Assembly: GCA_965277715.1 (NCBI GenBank)
Contig: OZ255836.1
Span: forward strand, 1,760,001 to 1,824,000
Reading direction: 5' to 3'
Source: Gammaproteobacteria bacterium
GTDB lineage: Bacteria > Pseudomonadota > Gammaproteobacteria > JBCCGL01
DNA length: 64,000 nucleotides
Positions 1 through 10,575 of the stretch are shown piece after piece. The number at the start of each line of letters is the position of its first letter. The stretch's first letter is position 1. Made by a program: the position numbers and the translations under genes. The notes under the pieces were generated by a model. The model was given only the letters and a program-made list of their open reading frames with translations. It was not told the origin of the DNA and did no database searches.

Positions 1-2
1 AT

Positions 3-950
3 ATGGATGCACTAAAAATCCTCGAACAAAACAACTTCGAACACTGTTCCCAAAATCCGGGGAAAATGCACGCCTGCGGCCACGACGGCCATACCGCCAT
101 GCTGCTCGGTGCAGCACAATACCTGGCCGAATCAGCCGTATTTGATGGCACCGTAGTGTTTATCTTCCAGCCCGCCGAAGAGCACGGCGATGGCGCCAAA
201 GCAATGATTGCAGACGGTCTGTTCGAGCGCTTTCCTGTCGATGCGGTATACGCCATCCACAACTTTCCATCACTCACAGTAGGCAAATTTGCCGTGCGCG
301 CCGGGTCGATTATGGCGGCAGAGGATAACTTTGAAATCACCGTCAATGGCACCGGATGCCACGCCGCAATGCCCCATTTAGGCAAAGACTCAATCGTCAT
401 CGGCGCGGAGATTATCACCGCCATGCAAACACTGGTATCGCGCACACTGGACCCCATCGATAGCGCGGTCGTCTCCTTCACCGAGTTCACCACCAACGGC
501 ACAGTGAATGTCATACCCGGCCAAGTCATTTTAAAAGGCGATACGCGCTCACTCACCACCGATGTACAAGACCACATCGAACACACAATGGCGCGCATCG
601 TCAGTGGTATATGCGCCGCACACGGCGCACATTACACCTTCAATTACCGGCGCAATTTTGTACCTACCATTAACACAGTAGCGGAAGCGGCGTTAGCCGC
701 CGAGGTCGCACGCGGCGTGGTCGGTACAGACAATGTCGTCGGTGACAGCCGACCGATCATGGCTTCCGAGGATTTTGGCTATATGCTGCAGGCCAGGCCC
801 GGCGCCTACCTGCTCCTCGGCAATGGCGAGGAAGGTGTGGGTGGTTGCAGCCTACACAATCCACACTATGACTTTAACGATGATATTCTTACCATCGGCG
901 CCGACTTTTGGGTCGCACTGGTTGAATCACAACTCGCCGCCAGTCAATAA
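3..950 (+). CDS. M20 family amidohydrolase (hippurate hydrolase-like), 5' end outside the window
   Basis: Motifs MHACGHDGH, FQPAEE, G.HAAMPH, SEDF, LHNPHYDFND. The ORF begins mid-domain. Confidence 0.9.
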   Translation: MDALKILEQNNFEHCSQNPGKMHACGHDGHTAMLLGAAQYLAESAVFDGTVVFIFQPAEEHGDGAKAMIADGLFERFPVDAVYAIHNFPSLTVGKFAVRAGSIMAAEDNFEITVNGTGCHAAMPHLGKDSIVIGAEIITAMQTLVSRTLDPIDSAVVSFTEFTTNGTVNVIPGQVILKGDTRSLTTDVQDHIEHTMARIVSGICAAHGAHYTFNYRRNFVPTINTVAEAALAAEVARGVVGTDNVVGDSRPIMASEDFGYMLQARPGAYLLLGNGEEGVGGCSLHNPHYDFNDDILTIGADFWVALVESQLAASQ

Positions 951-987
951 TATAGCGCACTGCCCTTCACGCCAGAGCCTCACCAAT

Positions 988-2241
988 ATGTACGATACCG
1001 CTTTCACCAACGCCTCCATCAAACATTTTCACAATGCAAAAACCGATGTGCGCAGCAACTGGCCTGCGGCGCTCAGTGAGATTATGAGCCCGGTAGCCAT
1101 TACCCAGGCGGTGAACGAAATTCAGCAGTGGCCGGCTTATGCCCCTACACCGTTACGACACTTCGATGGGTTGGCAACTCAGTTGGGGATTGCAGCGGTG
1201 TATTACAAAGACGAATCGACACGCTTTGGCCTGGGTAGTTTCAAAGCCCTCGGCGGTGCCTACGCGGTGCTGTGCCTGCTGCAACAGACGCTATCAAAAA
1301 CCACTGGCCGCGAAATCAGCTTTGAGGAAATCCGCAATGGCAGCCTCGCCGATAAAGCACAGGCGATCACCGTGGCCACCGCCACCGACGGCAACCACGG
1401 GCGTTCAGTGGCATGGGGCGCGCAGTTATTTGGTTGCCGCTGTGTGATCTACATCCACGCCGAAGTCAGCGAAGGGCGCAAGGCCGCTATGGAGGCCTTT
1501 GGTGCCACCGTCACGCGTGTCGATGGCAACTATGATCAATCGGTACACCAGGCGGCCAGTGATGCGGAGAAAAACGGCTGGTTTATCGTCTCTGATACAT
1601 CCTACAAAGGCTATACCGAACTACCCAAACACGTCGCCGCCGGTTATACCGTTTTTATGGATGAGGCAATGCAGTCAATGCCAGGGGGGCAACACGGTGG
1701 CCAAAATGGGCAGGCACCCATTACCCACGTATTTGTGCAGGGAGGCGTTGGCGGGCTGGCCAGCGCAGTATGCGGCTACCTATGGCAGAAATACGGGCAA
1801 AACAGACCACGCTTTATCATCGTCGAACCCGAGCTCGCCGACTGCCTGTACCAAAGTGCCGTTAACGATAAACCGACGGCTGTCAATATCACCGAAGAAA
1901 CCATTATGGCGGGCTTGTCCTGTGGTGAAGTGTCCTACCTCGGCTGGAAAATTCTCGCACCATCGGTGGATGACTTCCTCACCATCAGTGATGATCTGGT
2001 CGGCCCTACCATGTGTATGTTGGCAGCAGGCATCGAAGGTGCCAGCCCAGTCGTGGCAGGTGAATCGGCAGTGGCGGGGTTGGCCGCGTTGATTGCAACC
2101 AGAGATAACGCCGCACTGGCCGAAAGTCTTGGGCTAAATAGCAATAGTCGCGTATTGGTTATTGGCACGGAAGGAGCGACAGATCCAGTGATTTATCAAC
2201 GCATTGTTGGTCGGCCAGCACAAGAGGTAACGTTATGCTAA
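988..2241 (+). CDS. dpaL: Diaminopropionate ammonia-lyase (PLP fold II)
   Basis: YYKDESTRFGLGSFKALGG (PLP lysine), ATDGNHGRSVAW, VSDTSY, TIMAGLSCGE, IGTEGATDP. Start placed at ATG 988, after the upstream stop. Confidence 0.9.
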   Translation: MYDTAFTNASIKHFHNAKTDVRSNWPAALSEIMSPVAITQAVNEIQQWPAYAPTPLRHFDGLATQLGIAAVYYKDESTRFGLGSFKALGGAYAVLCLLQQTLSKTTGREISFEEIRNGSLADKAQAITVATATDGNHGRSVAWGAQLFGCRCVIYIHAEVSEGRKAAMEAFGATVTRVDGNYDQSVHQAASDAEKNGWFIVSDTSYKGYTELPKHVAAGYTVFMDEAMQSMPGGQHGGQNGQAPITHVFVQGGVGGLASAVCGYLWQKYGQNRPRFIIVEPELADCLYQSAVNDKPTAVNITEETIMAGLSCGEVSYLGWKILAPSVDDFLTISDDLVGPTMCMLAAGIEGASPVVAGESAVAGLAALIATRDNAALAESLGLNSNSRVLVIGTEGATDPVIYQRIVGRPAQEVTLC

Positions 2242-2251
2242 ATTCCCCCTA

Positions 2252-3151
2252 ATGGCACATTCAATCGACCAAAAACTCAATACACTGGCAAACCTCAAGG
2301 ATTACACTAAACTCAAGCACTATCTAGCCGACCGCAACTACCGCATCATTGGCAAAGCGGCAGATATCGCCCGCGAACAACTGTTATACGACCTAACCCC
2401 CGCCCTCTGCGATGCCTTTAGACGCCTGCGCGGCGATGGCAGTAAAGTTGACCCAAGCTGCATGGGTAAAGTACCAATATGCCGCGCCCTGGTCGATTTA
2501 GACTGCGAAGATATTCCTTTTTTACTGGAGCATATTCACTACCGGCAAATGGAACCCGTCTGGGGTGGCAGTGTCGATTCAGCGGCGGAAATAAGATCAC
2601 TATGTGCCGTTGCGTTGGTCGCCAGCGGTTGGCCGCGTGCACTGGTAGAAATAACACCCTTACTACACGACCCAGAGCTTCCCGCCCGGCTCGGTGGCGT
2701 CAACGCCATAGCCAGCGGCAACCCAGCCCAGGCAGAGGCACTGTTAAGGCTAAAAGTGCATAGCGGTGACCCGGAACCAGAAGTCATGGGTCTATGTTTT
2801 GAAAACCTGCTGGAAATCGAACCGGATGAATCACTGCCTTTTGTTGCCCGCTTTCTGCGTGATAAAAATGAAGAAATTTGCGAACAAGCCGCATTGAGCC
2901 TGGGTACATCGCGGCTGCCCGATGTTATCCCTGTATTTAAACAGTGCTGGGAAGAACAGTACTATCTAAACCCAGTGCGGCGGACAATCGTTAAAGCCGC
3001 ATCCCTGCACCGCAGTAGCGAAGCGATCGAATGGTTGTTTCAACTACTCACCTCCTCCGATAAAAAGCTAAAAACACTCATCGGCGATGCCTTACGTATA
3101 TACAGTGCAAACGAAGCATTGATGCAGCGGCTTGACCAGGCGCTACGCTAA
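2252..3151 (+). CDS. HEAT-repeat domain protein
   Basis: Helical repeats such as LLHDPELPARLGGVNAI and FLRDKNEEICEQAALSLG; starts 10 bp after dpaL. Confidence 0.65.
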   Translation: MAHSIDQKLNTLANLKDYTKLKHYLADRNYRIIGKAADIAREQLLYDLTPALCDAFRRLRGDGSKVDPSCMGKVPICRALVDLDCEDIPFLLEHIHYRQMEPVWGGSVDSAAEIRSLCAVALVASGWPRALVEITPLLHDPELPARLGGVNAIASGNPAQAEALLRLKVHSGDPEPEVMGLCFENLLEIEPDESLPFVARFLRDKNEEICEQAALSLGTSRLPDVIPVFKQCWEEQYYLNPVRRTIVKAASLHRSSEAIEWLFQLLTSSDKKLKTLIGDALRIYSANEALMQRLDQALR

Positions 3152-3524
3152 AAAAAAACAAAGGGGTCAATAGCAGCCTTTAGGTTTAACACCCCCGGTT
3201 TATTTTTCCTGTAAAAGAAAACGATTGTTAATCGCTTTGACAGAAACGCGCCGACCCTCCGTGTTATCGACAAAGACAGCCTCTTCCCTCTCCTGTTTTG
3301 CACAGAGCCTACTCGGCCCCGCCATGTGTTCAAGCAGCGCGTCAAGCGTATCAGGAAGCGGCGACACACCTAAAAATGGGTAACAACCCGATTCATCTAT
3401 AAATTGATCTAACAAGGCTTAATAAGGAAGAGTGGTTGTTTAAGGGCGGAAACTGAGTCAACCATTACACATATTTATGGAATATTGATTAACATATTTA
3501 TGTTAATTTGTTATAACGGCTATT

Positions 3525-4499
3525 ATGAAACTTCAACAACTGCGCTACCTGATAGCAATTGAAAAAAACAACCTCAGTATTTCTGTTGCCTCAGAAAAAC
3601 TGTTCACCTCACAACCCGGTGTCAGCAAACAAATCCGCCAGCTAGAAGACGAACTGGGGATTAAGTTGTTTAACCGCAATGGCAAACAACTCACCCATAT
3701 CACCCCAGAAGGTCGGCATATTATAAATCGCGCCAAAGCGATTATGCGTGAGGTCGCCAATATCAAAGGGTTGGCTGACGAATTCCGCAACGACCAGATC
3801 GGTACTTTAAAACTGGCAACCACGCATACCCAGGCACGCTATATGCTGCCCCCCGTGATTCGCGAATTCCGCCAACGCTACCCACAGGTAAACCTACAGA
3901 TTCAACAGGGCCGACCCGAGGAAATTGCCGCGATGGCCGCCTCCGGCGAGGTAGACTTCGCTATCGCCACCGAGGCGATTGGCGAGCGCGACGATTTGGT
4001 TATGCTGCCATGCTATTACTGGAACCGTTGTGTGCTGGTTGCCAAAGACCACCCTCTGGTGGCACAAAAACTAACCTCACTGGCACAGATCGCTGAGCAC
4101 CCGATTGTCACTTATGTATTTGGTTTTACGGGCCGTTCACAACTTGATCGTACATTTACCAACGCCGGGTTAGAACCCAATATCGTACTCACTGCCGTCG
4201 ATTCAGACATCATCAAGACCTATGTGCGGCTGGAATTGGGTATTGGAATTGTGGCGCGCATGGCCTACGATGAATCGGCCGATGCCGATCTGGTCGCGCT
4301 GGATGCAGGGCATTTGTTCCCCGCCAGTTCAACAAAAATTGGCTTCAAGCGCGGTACATTTTTACGCGGCTATGTCTACGAGTTTATGGAATTGTTTGCA
4401 CCGCATTTGACCCTGCAGGCAGTCGATGCAGCGGCCCACACCAAATCGCGTGAGGAGGTGGAAAAGTTATTTGCCGATGTTGAGTTGCAGGTTTATTAG
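3525..4499 (+). CDS. cysB: LysR-family regulator CysB
   Basis: MKLQQLRY...LFTSQPGVSKQIRQLEDELG, ATTHTQARY, TYVFGFTGRS; next to a sulfite reductase. Confidence 0.95.
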   Translation: MKLQQLRYLIAIEKNNLSISVASEKLFTSQPGVSKQIRQLEDELGIKLFNRNGKQLTHITPEGRHIINRAKAIMREVANIKGLADEFRNDQIGTLKLATTHTQARYMLPPVIREFRQRYPQVNLQIQQGRPEEIAAMAASGEVDFAIATEAIGERDDLVMLPCYYWNRCVLVAKDHPLVAQKLTSLAQIAEHPIVTYVFGFTGRSQLDRTFTNAGLEPNIVLTAVDSDIIKTYVRLELGIGIVARMAYDESADADLVALDAGHLFPASSTKIGFKRGTFLRGYVYEFMELFAPHLTLQAVDAAAHTKSREEVEKLFADVELQVY

Positions 4500-4523
4500 G
4501 GCCATTGGTTCAGGTTCTTTCAA

Positions 4524-4698
4524 CCTAAATTCCGCAGTTGAATCGTAGCGAGGGCATCTAAGGTGCTGAAGATGAAGTGTTTTTACCCGCATTTCAGCAA
4601 TCCTGTCGTGATTCTACAGGTGAAGCTGAAATGCTGGTTAAAGCGCTTTAGATTCTGTGCATTAGGTGCTCGCAGTAGATTCAACTGCGGAATTTAGG
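4524..4698. mobile_element. Palindromic MITE (IS1380-like ends) with 5-bp target duplication
   Basis: Perfect 21-bp terminal inverted repeat CCTAAATTCCGCAGTTGAATC (4524-4544 / 4678-4698). Flanked by direct TTCAA (4519-4523 and 4699-4703). The interior is also self-complementary. Confidence 0.8.
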
Positions 4699-4714
4699 TT
4701 CAAGGATAAGGGGA

Positions 4715-5191
4715 TTAAGCCATCCCCACTTTACGGGAAAAGTGCTCCTGATAATCAACCGATATTTCAGAAAAAGCCGCCAGTGCAGCGGTAATATCAC
4801 GCTCACTCTCCAACGCAAACTGGGTAATACCGCAGCGCGCCATAAACGCCAACTGGTCGCGCTGCACATCACCGACAGCGCGTATTTCTCTGCTATATCC
4901 ATAGCGCTCACGCAGTAGCCGCGCCTGACTAAAACCACGCCCATCACTAAATACCCCAAACTGAATCGCGATCAGGCCGAGTACATCAAGATCAGCCTGT
5001 AAATCAACCACATCGGTATTCGGGTCCAGCACAACGCCGAATTGTCCTCTCTGTACGCGTAAATGCGCACGCTGTTCACGCCAACGCCCTATAGATACCA
5101 GCAAACGGGGCGCCGCTACCAACGCTTGCGCATCATCCAGCCATACCCATTCATCGACAACAACCCCATGCGTATCAATGAGTACGGACAT
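4715..5191 (-). CDS. DUF934 family protein (sulfite reductase-associated)
   Basis: F..FSDGRGFSQARLLRERYGY..EIRAVGDV..DQL.FM.RCG; overlaps the cysI stop. Confidence 0.9.
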   Translation of the reverse strand: MSVLIDTHGVVVDEWVWLDDAQALVAAPRLLVSIGRWREQRAHLRVQRGQFGVVLDPNTDVVDLQADLDVLGLIAIQFGVFSDGRGFSQARLLRERYGYSREIRAVGDVQRDQLAFMARCGITQFALESERDITAALAAFSEISVDYQEHFSRKVGMA

Positions 5192-6845
5192 AGACACGCT
5201 CCTTAAAGGGGGTTTGCCCTACGCGTGCAAGCGTTTGCAAAAAAGACTCACCGGGATCACGCTGCGCTACATAGGTCTCGATAATTTTTTCAACCGCACC
5301 CCCCACTGCCTGCTTGGGAATGGCCGGTCCCAATCGCCTGCCAATAGCCGCATCATTTTCTGCCGAACCACCCAGGGTAATCTGGTACCACTGCTCACCT
5401 TTCTTATCGACCCCCAACAAACCGATATGGCCAACATGATGGTGACCACACGCATTCATACAACCGGATATTTTGATGTGAATATCGCCGAGTTCATACA
5501 ATTCATCAAGTTGTTCAAAACGATCCATGATATCCCTGGATACATCAATCGATGTGGCGTTAGCTAGGCTACAAAAGTCCAGCCCTGGGCAGCAGATAAT
5601 ATCGGTCACCGTATTAATATTGGGATTGGCCAGCCGATGCTTCGACAGCGCCCGCCATACATCAAAGAGTGCCGACTCCTCGACTTCTGCAAGCACCAGA
5701 TTTTGCGAATGGGTGGTACGCAACTCACCAAAACTGTAACAATCGGCAAGATCAGCCAGCACATCCATTTGTGTATCACTGATATCGCCGGGTGCCTGAT
5801 TATGCACTTGGCCATGCCCTTTGAGTGAAACATAGACAATGCGATAACCCGCTACCTTATGCGCCTGTGTGTTTTGCCGATACCAGGTGTTAAACAAAGG
5901 GTTGCTATTGCGCTTTTCCCATGAAGCCTGATCACCCGTGGGTGTTGTACTGTAGTGGTGTGTTTGAAAAGCCTGGCTCACCCGGTCAATTTCTGCATCG
6001 CTAAGCTGTAGACCAGAATCGCGTAGGTACTGCCATTCATTATCGACCTGTTCACGAAAGGCATCGATGCCCAGCGCATTGACCAAAATCTTGATCCGCG
6101 CTTTATACATATTATCGCGACGACCGTGCAGGTTATAAACACGCAATATCGCCTCAAGATAACTGAGCAAATCCTGACGCGGCAAAAACGCCCGGAGCGG
6201 CTTGCCAATAACCGGTGTACGGCCAAGCCCGCCACCCACAGTGATACAAAAACCAACCTCGCCCGCCTCATTGCGCAGCACTTGTATACCAATATCGTGA
6301 ATCTGCGTAGCGGCGCGGTCGAGCTCGGAACCCGTCAGGGCAAATTTGAACTTGCGCGGTAAAAATGAAAACTCCGGGTGCAGAGTCGACCACTGGCGAA
6401 TCAATTCACACCAAATACGTGGGTCTTCAATTTCATCGGGGGCGACCCCGGCCAATGGGTCACAGGTGATATTGCGAATGCAGTTGCCACTGGTTTGCAT
6501 GGCGTGCATTTGCACCTTGGCCAATTCAGCTAAAATATCCGGCACATTTTCCAACGCGGGCCAGTTCAACTGAATATTCTGGCGGGTGGTAACATGCGCA
6601 AAGCCCCTGTCGTAAGTGCGGGTAACGTGGGCGATGGTGCGCAACTGTGCCGATGACATCACCCCATAAGGCACAGCGATACGCAACATCGGTGCGTGGC
6701 GTTGAATATACAAACCATTGCGTAGACGCAATTGCTTGAATATTTCTTCGTCTAATTGACCATTAAGATAGCGCGTGGTTTGATCGCGAAACTGCTCGAC
6801 CCGTTGATCGACAATTTTCTGATCGACAGCACTGTAGGCATACAT
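5175..6845 (-). CDS. cysI: Sulfite reductase hemoprotein (nitrite/sulfite reductase family)
   Basis: LRLRNGLYIQRHAPMLR, TTRQNIQ, TSGNCIRN, CPGLDFCSLA and ISGCMNACGHHH (siroheme/4Fe-4S ligands). Confidence 0.93.
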   Translation of the reverse strand: MYAYSAVDQKIVDQRVEQFRDQTTRYLNGQLDEEIFKQLRLRNGLYIQRHAPMLRIAVPYGVMSSAQLRTIAHVTRTYDRGFAHVTTRQNIQLNWPALENVPDILAELAKVQMHAMQTSGNCIRNITCDPLAGVAPDEIEDPRIWCELIRQWSTLHPEFSFLPRKFKFALTGSELDRAATQIHDIGIQVLRNEAGEVGFCITVGGGLGRTPVIGKPLRAFLPRQDLLSYLEAILRVYNLHGRRDNMYKARIKILVNALGIDAFREQVDNEWQYLRDSGLQLSDAEIDRVSQAFQTHHYSTTPTGDQASWEKRNSNPLFNTWYRQNTQAHKVAGYRIVYVSLKGHGQVHNQAPGDISDTQMDVLADLADCYSFGELRTTHSQNLVLAEVEESALFDVWRALSKHRLANPNINTVTDIICCPGLDFCSLANATSIDVSRDIMDRFEQLDELYELGDIHIKISGCMNACGHHHVGHIGLLGVDKKGEQWYQITLGGSAENDAAIGRRLGPAIPKQAVGGAVEKIIETYVAQRDPGESFLQTLARVGQTPFKERVYVRTH

Positions 6846-6962
6846 ATACTTCACCGGTATTAATGAGTGGCGCTACTTTAGCGCCCCTCTCTAATACACG
6901 AAAAGAATATTTTTTAATTTGAGTATGCTTATTTTGAATATAAAAAAACAAACACAGGATCA

Positions 6963-7919
6963 TTACCCCCGCTTAACGATCACCTCATAACCCGCCTCTT
7001 CCGGTTCATCGTCACACATTTCCGGCGGAAACCCCGGCGCGAGAATATCGACATTACACGCTTCTTCAAGCCGCTTGATAATGTTGGGGGACAACTCGCG
7101 TGACCCATAACGTTGCTCACCATCGAGAAAAATATCGCGCAACAGTGGTGAGACTTCCAGTGGAACATTGTGACGATCGGCAACCTGCTGGAACAAACTG
7201 ATATCCTTCACCACCAAATCCATTGTAAAGCTGATATCACGGCTGCCATTTAAAATGACCTGGCTTTCGGTTTCATGCACAAACGAAGTGCCCGATGAAA
7301 TACGCATAGCCTCATACGTAGTCGCCAAGTCCATACCTGCTTTTTTCGCGGTAACCAATGCCTCGCAGCACGTCACAAGATTAGCCGTGGCAAGGTAATT
7401 GGTCACCACCTTTAAAACAGAGGCAGAGCCTAGCTCACCGGTATGCAAAATACGCCGACCCATCGTGGTCAGCAATGGCAGCATACGATCAAACACGGCC
7501 CGCTCACAACCGGCAAAAATAGAAATATTGCCCGTGGCAGCGCGGTGGCACCCCCCAGAGACGGGGCAATCAACGGGTTCGGCACCCGCCGACTTAACCT
7601 TCTCACCGAGCCTGAGCACTTCCTCCTGATCGGTGGTACTCATTTCAGCCCAGATTTTCCCCGCAGACAAGCCTGCCAGAATGCCATCTTCTGCCTCCAT
7701 CACCGCTGCGCTGGCAGCCGGTGATGGTAAACAGGTAATCACCACATCCACCTGCTCGGCCATCGCCTTTGGCGACGCGCCCCAGTGGGCACCCTTATCG
7801 AGAAACGGCTGGGCAACCGATGTGTCCAAATCGCGCACAGTCAGGTCGATACCATTGCGCAACAGACTACCGGCCAGCTTGCCACCCACATTACCCAAAC
7901 CAATAAAACCGACTTTCAT
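6963..7919 (-). CDS. 3-hydroxyisobutyrate dehydrogenase-family NAD(P)-dependent oxidoreductase
   Basis: VGFIGLGNVG Rossmann motif, DCPVSGG, KVVTN. Confidence 0.88.
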   Translation of the reverse strand: MKVGFIGLGNVGGKLAGSLLRNGIDLTVRDLDTSVAQPFLDKGAHWGASPKAMAEQVDVVITCLPSPAASAAVMEAEDGILAGLSAGKIWAEMSTTDQEEVLRLGEKVKSAGAEPVDCPVSGGCHRAATGNISIFAGCERAVFDRMLPLLTTMGRRILHTGELGSASVLKVVTNYLATANLVTCCEALVTAKKAGMDLATTYEAMRISSGTSFVHETESQVILNGSRDISFTMDLVVKDISLFQQVADRHNVPLEVSPLLRDIFLDGEQRYGSRELSPNIIKRLEEACNVDILAPGFPPEMCDDEPEEAGYEVIVKRG

Positions 7920-8257
7920 TATTGTTTTCCTCTATTTAGTTTTATTACTGCGCCCGATAAGGCGAGATAGCGCGATAATACAACGTGTAACACATAAAAA
8001 ATGCAGTACTGCGCTTGTTATCGCAAGTAATGCGACCTGCTGTGCGTGCACACTTAATCGTGCTGGGAATGACGCTATAAGGAGCGATATTAGATCACTT
8101 TCAGCATGCGAATGAATCGTGGAAAGCGAGTAGCACTCACCTCTTATTGGATACACAAGCCGCTTCTGATATATTCTCGTATAAGCGGTTTATCCCCCTC
8201 TCCTACCACTACTTATGGAACTACCGGTCACCGTTAGCGTGCCGAGTCTGGAAGCCA

Positions 8258-9883
8258 ATGCCTTGCAACAATAAACCGATAATTGCAACAAAATATAGTG
8301 TATATGCCGTTACTGCGGTTCTGGCATTTTGCAGCATTATTTACGAGCTACTTCTGGCACAAACCCTCACGGAGATATTTGGCAACTCTGTTTTGCGTTA
8401 CGCCATGACAATAGGTATTTATCTATTTGCCATGGGTGTCGGCGCTATAGCCCATCCGCTGCTTAGCCGAACATTGATACCGAGCTTGATCGGCCTGGAA
8501 ATTGTGCTAAGCCTTACCGGTTTGTGTGTGGTTTTTCTCCTGTTTCTTTTCGCTTACGCCTCATTTGAATACCCTCTTGGTAGCCTGCTACTGTGCCACG
8601 TTATGATTGTTGTCGTGGGATTCCTCTCTGGCATGGAAATTCCCTATCTGGTCAACATGGAAGCGGGCAAACGCTTTTCCAGAATTTTATGTCTGGACTT
8701 TATCGGCACACTAATCGGTACGCTCTGTTTTCCACTGGCGCTTTACCCCAACTTCACGCTTTTCGAAATTGGCTTTTACACTGCGCTGTTAAACATATTG
8801 GCGGCCATATACCTACTCACTCGTTCTACTGGAATTGGCATCAAAACCAAAATTGGTACCGTCGTCTGCGCAATCACCTTCCTGATCGCGATGCCATACC
8901 ACAAGACAGTCGGTGACAGTCTACTGGTTCGGTACGAAATCAAGCGGCACGCCTTAAATTGGGGTGGAAAGCGCGAAAACTGGCCGGAAATCGCCGAAAA
9001 AATCAATGTATTAAATATCACTAGAACCCGCTATCAAAAAATTATGTTATTGGAAGATACGCACCCAGGTGTTGCTACTGGCAAGTCGCTCTATCTCGAT
9101 AAAAATATACAATTGCAGGATTGGTGGATTGACTCTTATCACGAAACACTATCGCTAACACCACTTTTGTTTCAACACAAACCCCAATTGGATATCGCTA
9201 TCCTCGGTGGTGGCGACGGTATTCTCGCCAGACATCTGCTCAATTCAGGCAGGGTGAATCATATCGACCTAATCGATATCGACAGTGAATTTATCGCGTT
9301 TATGAAAACACACCCACACTACGTGCTCATCCACCTCAACGCACTGGACGATGATAGGGTCAGCGTTCACATTGCTGATGCCTATGCATTTATCAGAGAG
9401 AACAGCTTTAGCAAACAGGCGAAAAAATACGATATTGTGATACTTGATCTACCTGGCTTAAAGGATGGGGATAAACTGATCCATTTATATTCAAAGGAGT
9501 TTTTCACATTTATCAACAAATCCCTGCGCTCGAAGGGTGTGATGGCGACATGGCACTACAACACCCCAAGGCATAAGAAGATACTGTCGAGTACTCTCAG
9601 CGCTTCAGGTTTCGATAAAGTCTTGTACACCTGTTCCCGTGCTAACCAAGTACTAAAACAAAACTCAGTCGATGACCAACAGTGTGTTGAGTACTTTTTG
9701 CTGGCCCACGCAGGCAACACTACACCATTGCCTTATAGCCAATGGGATATGTCCGATTATCAACATACCTGGATCGAAAACCATCGCCAAAGCCTTAGCT
9801 GGCAGGCACTAGAAAATAGCGACCAACAGGTAAACTCTATATTCAAACCAAACTACAAACTGATCCCCGGCACATTCCGATGA
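8258..9883 (+). CDS. Spermidine synthase-like aminopropyltransferase fused to an N-terminal membrane domain
   Basis: N-terminal transmembrane helices (FCSIIYELL, GFLSGMEIP, LDFIGTLIG). C-terminal SYHE, ILGGGDG, IDID, ADA, ILDLP, LYSKEFF. Confidence 0.85.
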   Translation: MPCNNKPIIATKYSVYAVTAVLAFCSIIYELLLAQTLTEIFGNSVLRYAMTIGIYLFAMGVGAIAHPLLSRTLIPSLIGLEIVLSLTGLCVVFLLFLFAYASFEYPLGSLLLCHVMIVVVGFLSGMEIPYLVNMEAGKRFSRILCLDFIGTLIGTLCFPLALYPNFTLFEIGFYTALLNILAAIYLLTRSTGIGIKTKIGTVVCAITFLIAMPYHKTVGDSLLVRYEIKRHALNWGGKRENWPEIAEKINVLNITRTRYQKIMLLEDTHPGVATGKSLYLDKNIQLQDWWIDSYHETLSLTPLLFQHKPQLDIAILGGGDGILARHLLNSGRVNHIDLIDIDSEFIAFMKTHPHYVLIHLNALDDDRVSVHIADAYAFIRENSFSKQAKKYDIVILDLPGLKDGDKLIHLYSKEFFTFINKSLRSKGVMATWHYNTPRHKKILSSTLSASGFDKVLYTCSRANQVLKQNSVDDQQCVEYFLLAHAGNTTPLPYSQWDMSDYQHTWIENHRQSLSWQALENSDQQVNSIFKPNYKLIPGTFR

Positions 9884-10575
9884 GAGCCTTATCCACTGGC
9901 TTACAATCCGGTTTTGCGATAATGACTACCACCGCAGTCATCGCCTTTTGCAGCATTATGTACGAACTGATACTGGCGCAGACCTTGACGGCCTTGTTCG
10001 GTGGTTTGATCCTGCAATATTCGTTGACTATCGGGTTTTACCTGATGGGTCTCGGGCTTGGTGCACTGTGCTTCGAAAAATTCGCCAAACACCCCGCCCG
10101 GCACTTCTTCACCACACAATTGCTGCTAAGCCTTTTGGGTTGCCTCGGGTTTGCAAGCCTGCTGTTGCTGTCACCCTGGCAATATCAATACCCCAAACTG
10201 ATAATTGTATACGCCTACCTGCTGGTCATTGCAATCGGTTGTCTGTCGGGGCTTGAAATTCCACTGATCAACGCGCTCTACAAACGCGAATTCACACACG
10301 TGCTGGGACTCGATTATTTTGGTGGTCTGGCGGGAGGTGTCCTGTTTCCACTGCTTTTTTATCCACACCTTGGATTAGTGTTTAGCGTGCTGTTTATCGC
10401 TTCACTCAATCTGTTCGCCTGCCTCTGGGTAGGTCTGGCGTTTATGCGAAACCGCCTGGCTATCGTCGGGACGTTAGTTACTATTGGCGTGTTTTTCGTA
10501 GCACTCTGGCATCACATCACTATTGCCCAGCTGCTGCAAAATATTTATATATCAGGGAGCTTTTATGCCACTTAA
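9880..10575 (+). CDS. Stand-alone paralog of the spermidine-synthase membrane domain
   Basis: FCSIMYELILAQ, GCLSGLEIP, LDYFGGLAGG match the N-terminus of the preceding gene. No catalytic domain. ATGA overlap with the upstream stop. Confidence 0.8.
   Translation: MRALSTGLQSGFAIMTTTAVIAFCSIMYELILAQTLTALFGGLILQYSLTIGFYLMGLGLGALCFEKFAKHPARHFFTTQLLLSLLGCLGFASLLLLSPWQYQYPKLIIVYAYLLVIAIGCLSGLEIPLINALYKREFTHVLGLDYFGGLAGGVLFPLLFYPHLGLVFSVLFIASLNLFACLWVGLAFMRNRLAIVGTLVTIGVFFVALWHHITIAQLLQNIYISGSFYAT

Noticed and set aside
733-987. Long N-terminal extension of dpaL in the ORF track
   Set aside because: It overlaps the amidohydrolase in another frame; ATG 988 is more plausible.
3200-3415. Short minus-strand ORF divergent from cysB
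   Set aside because: No recognisable motif or clear start signal; it cannot be supported as a gene.
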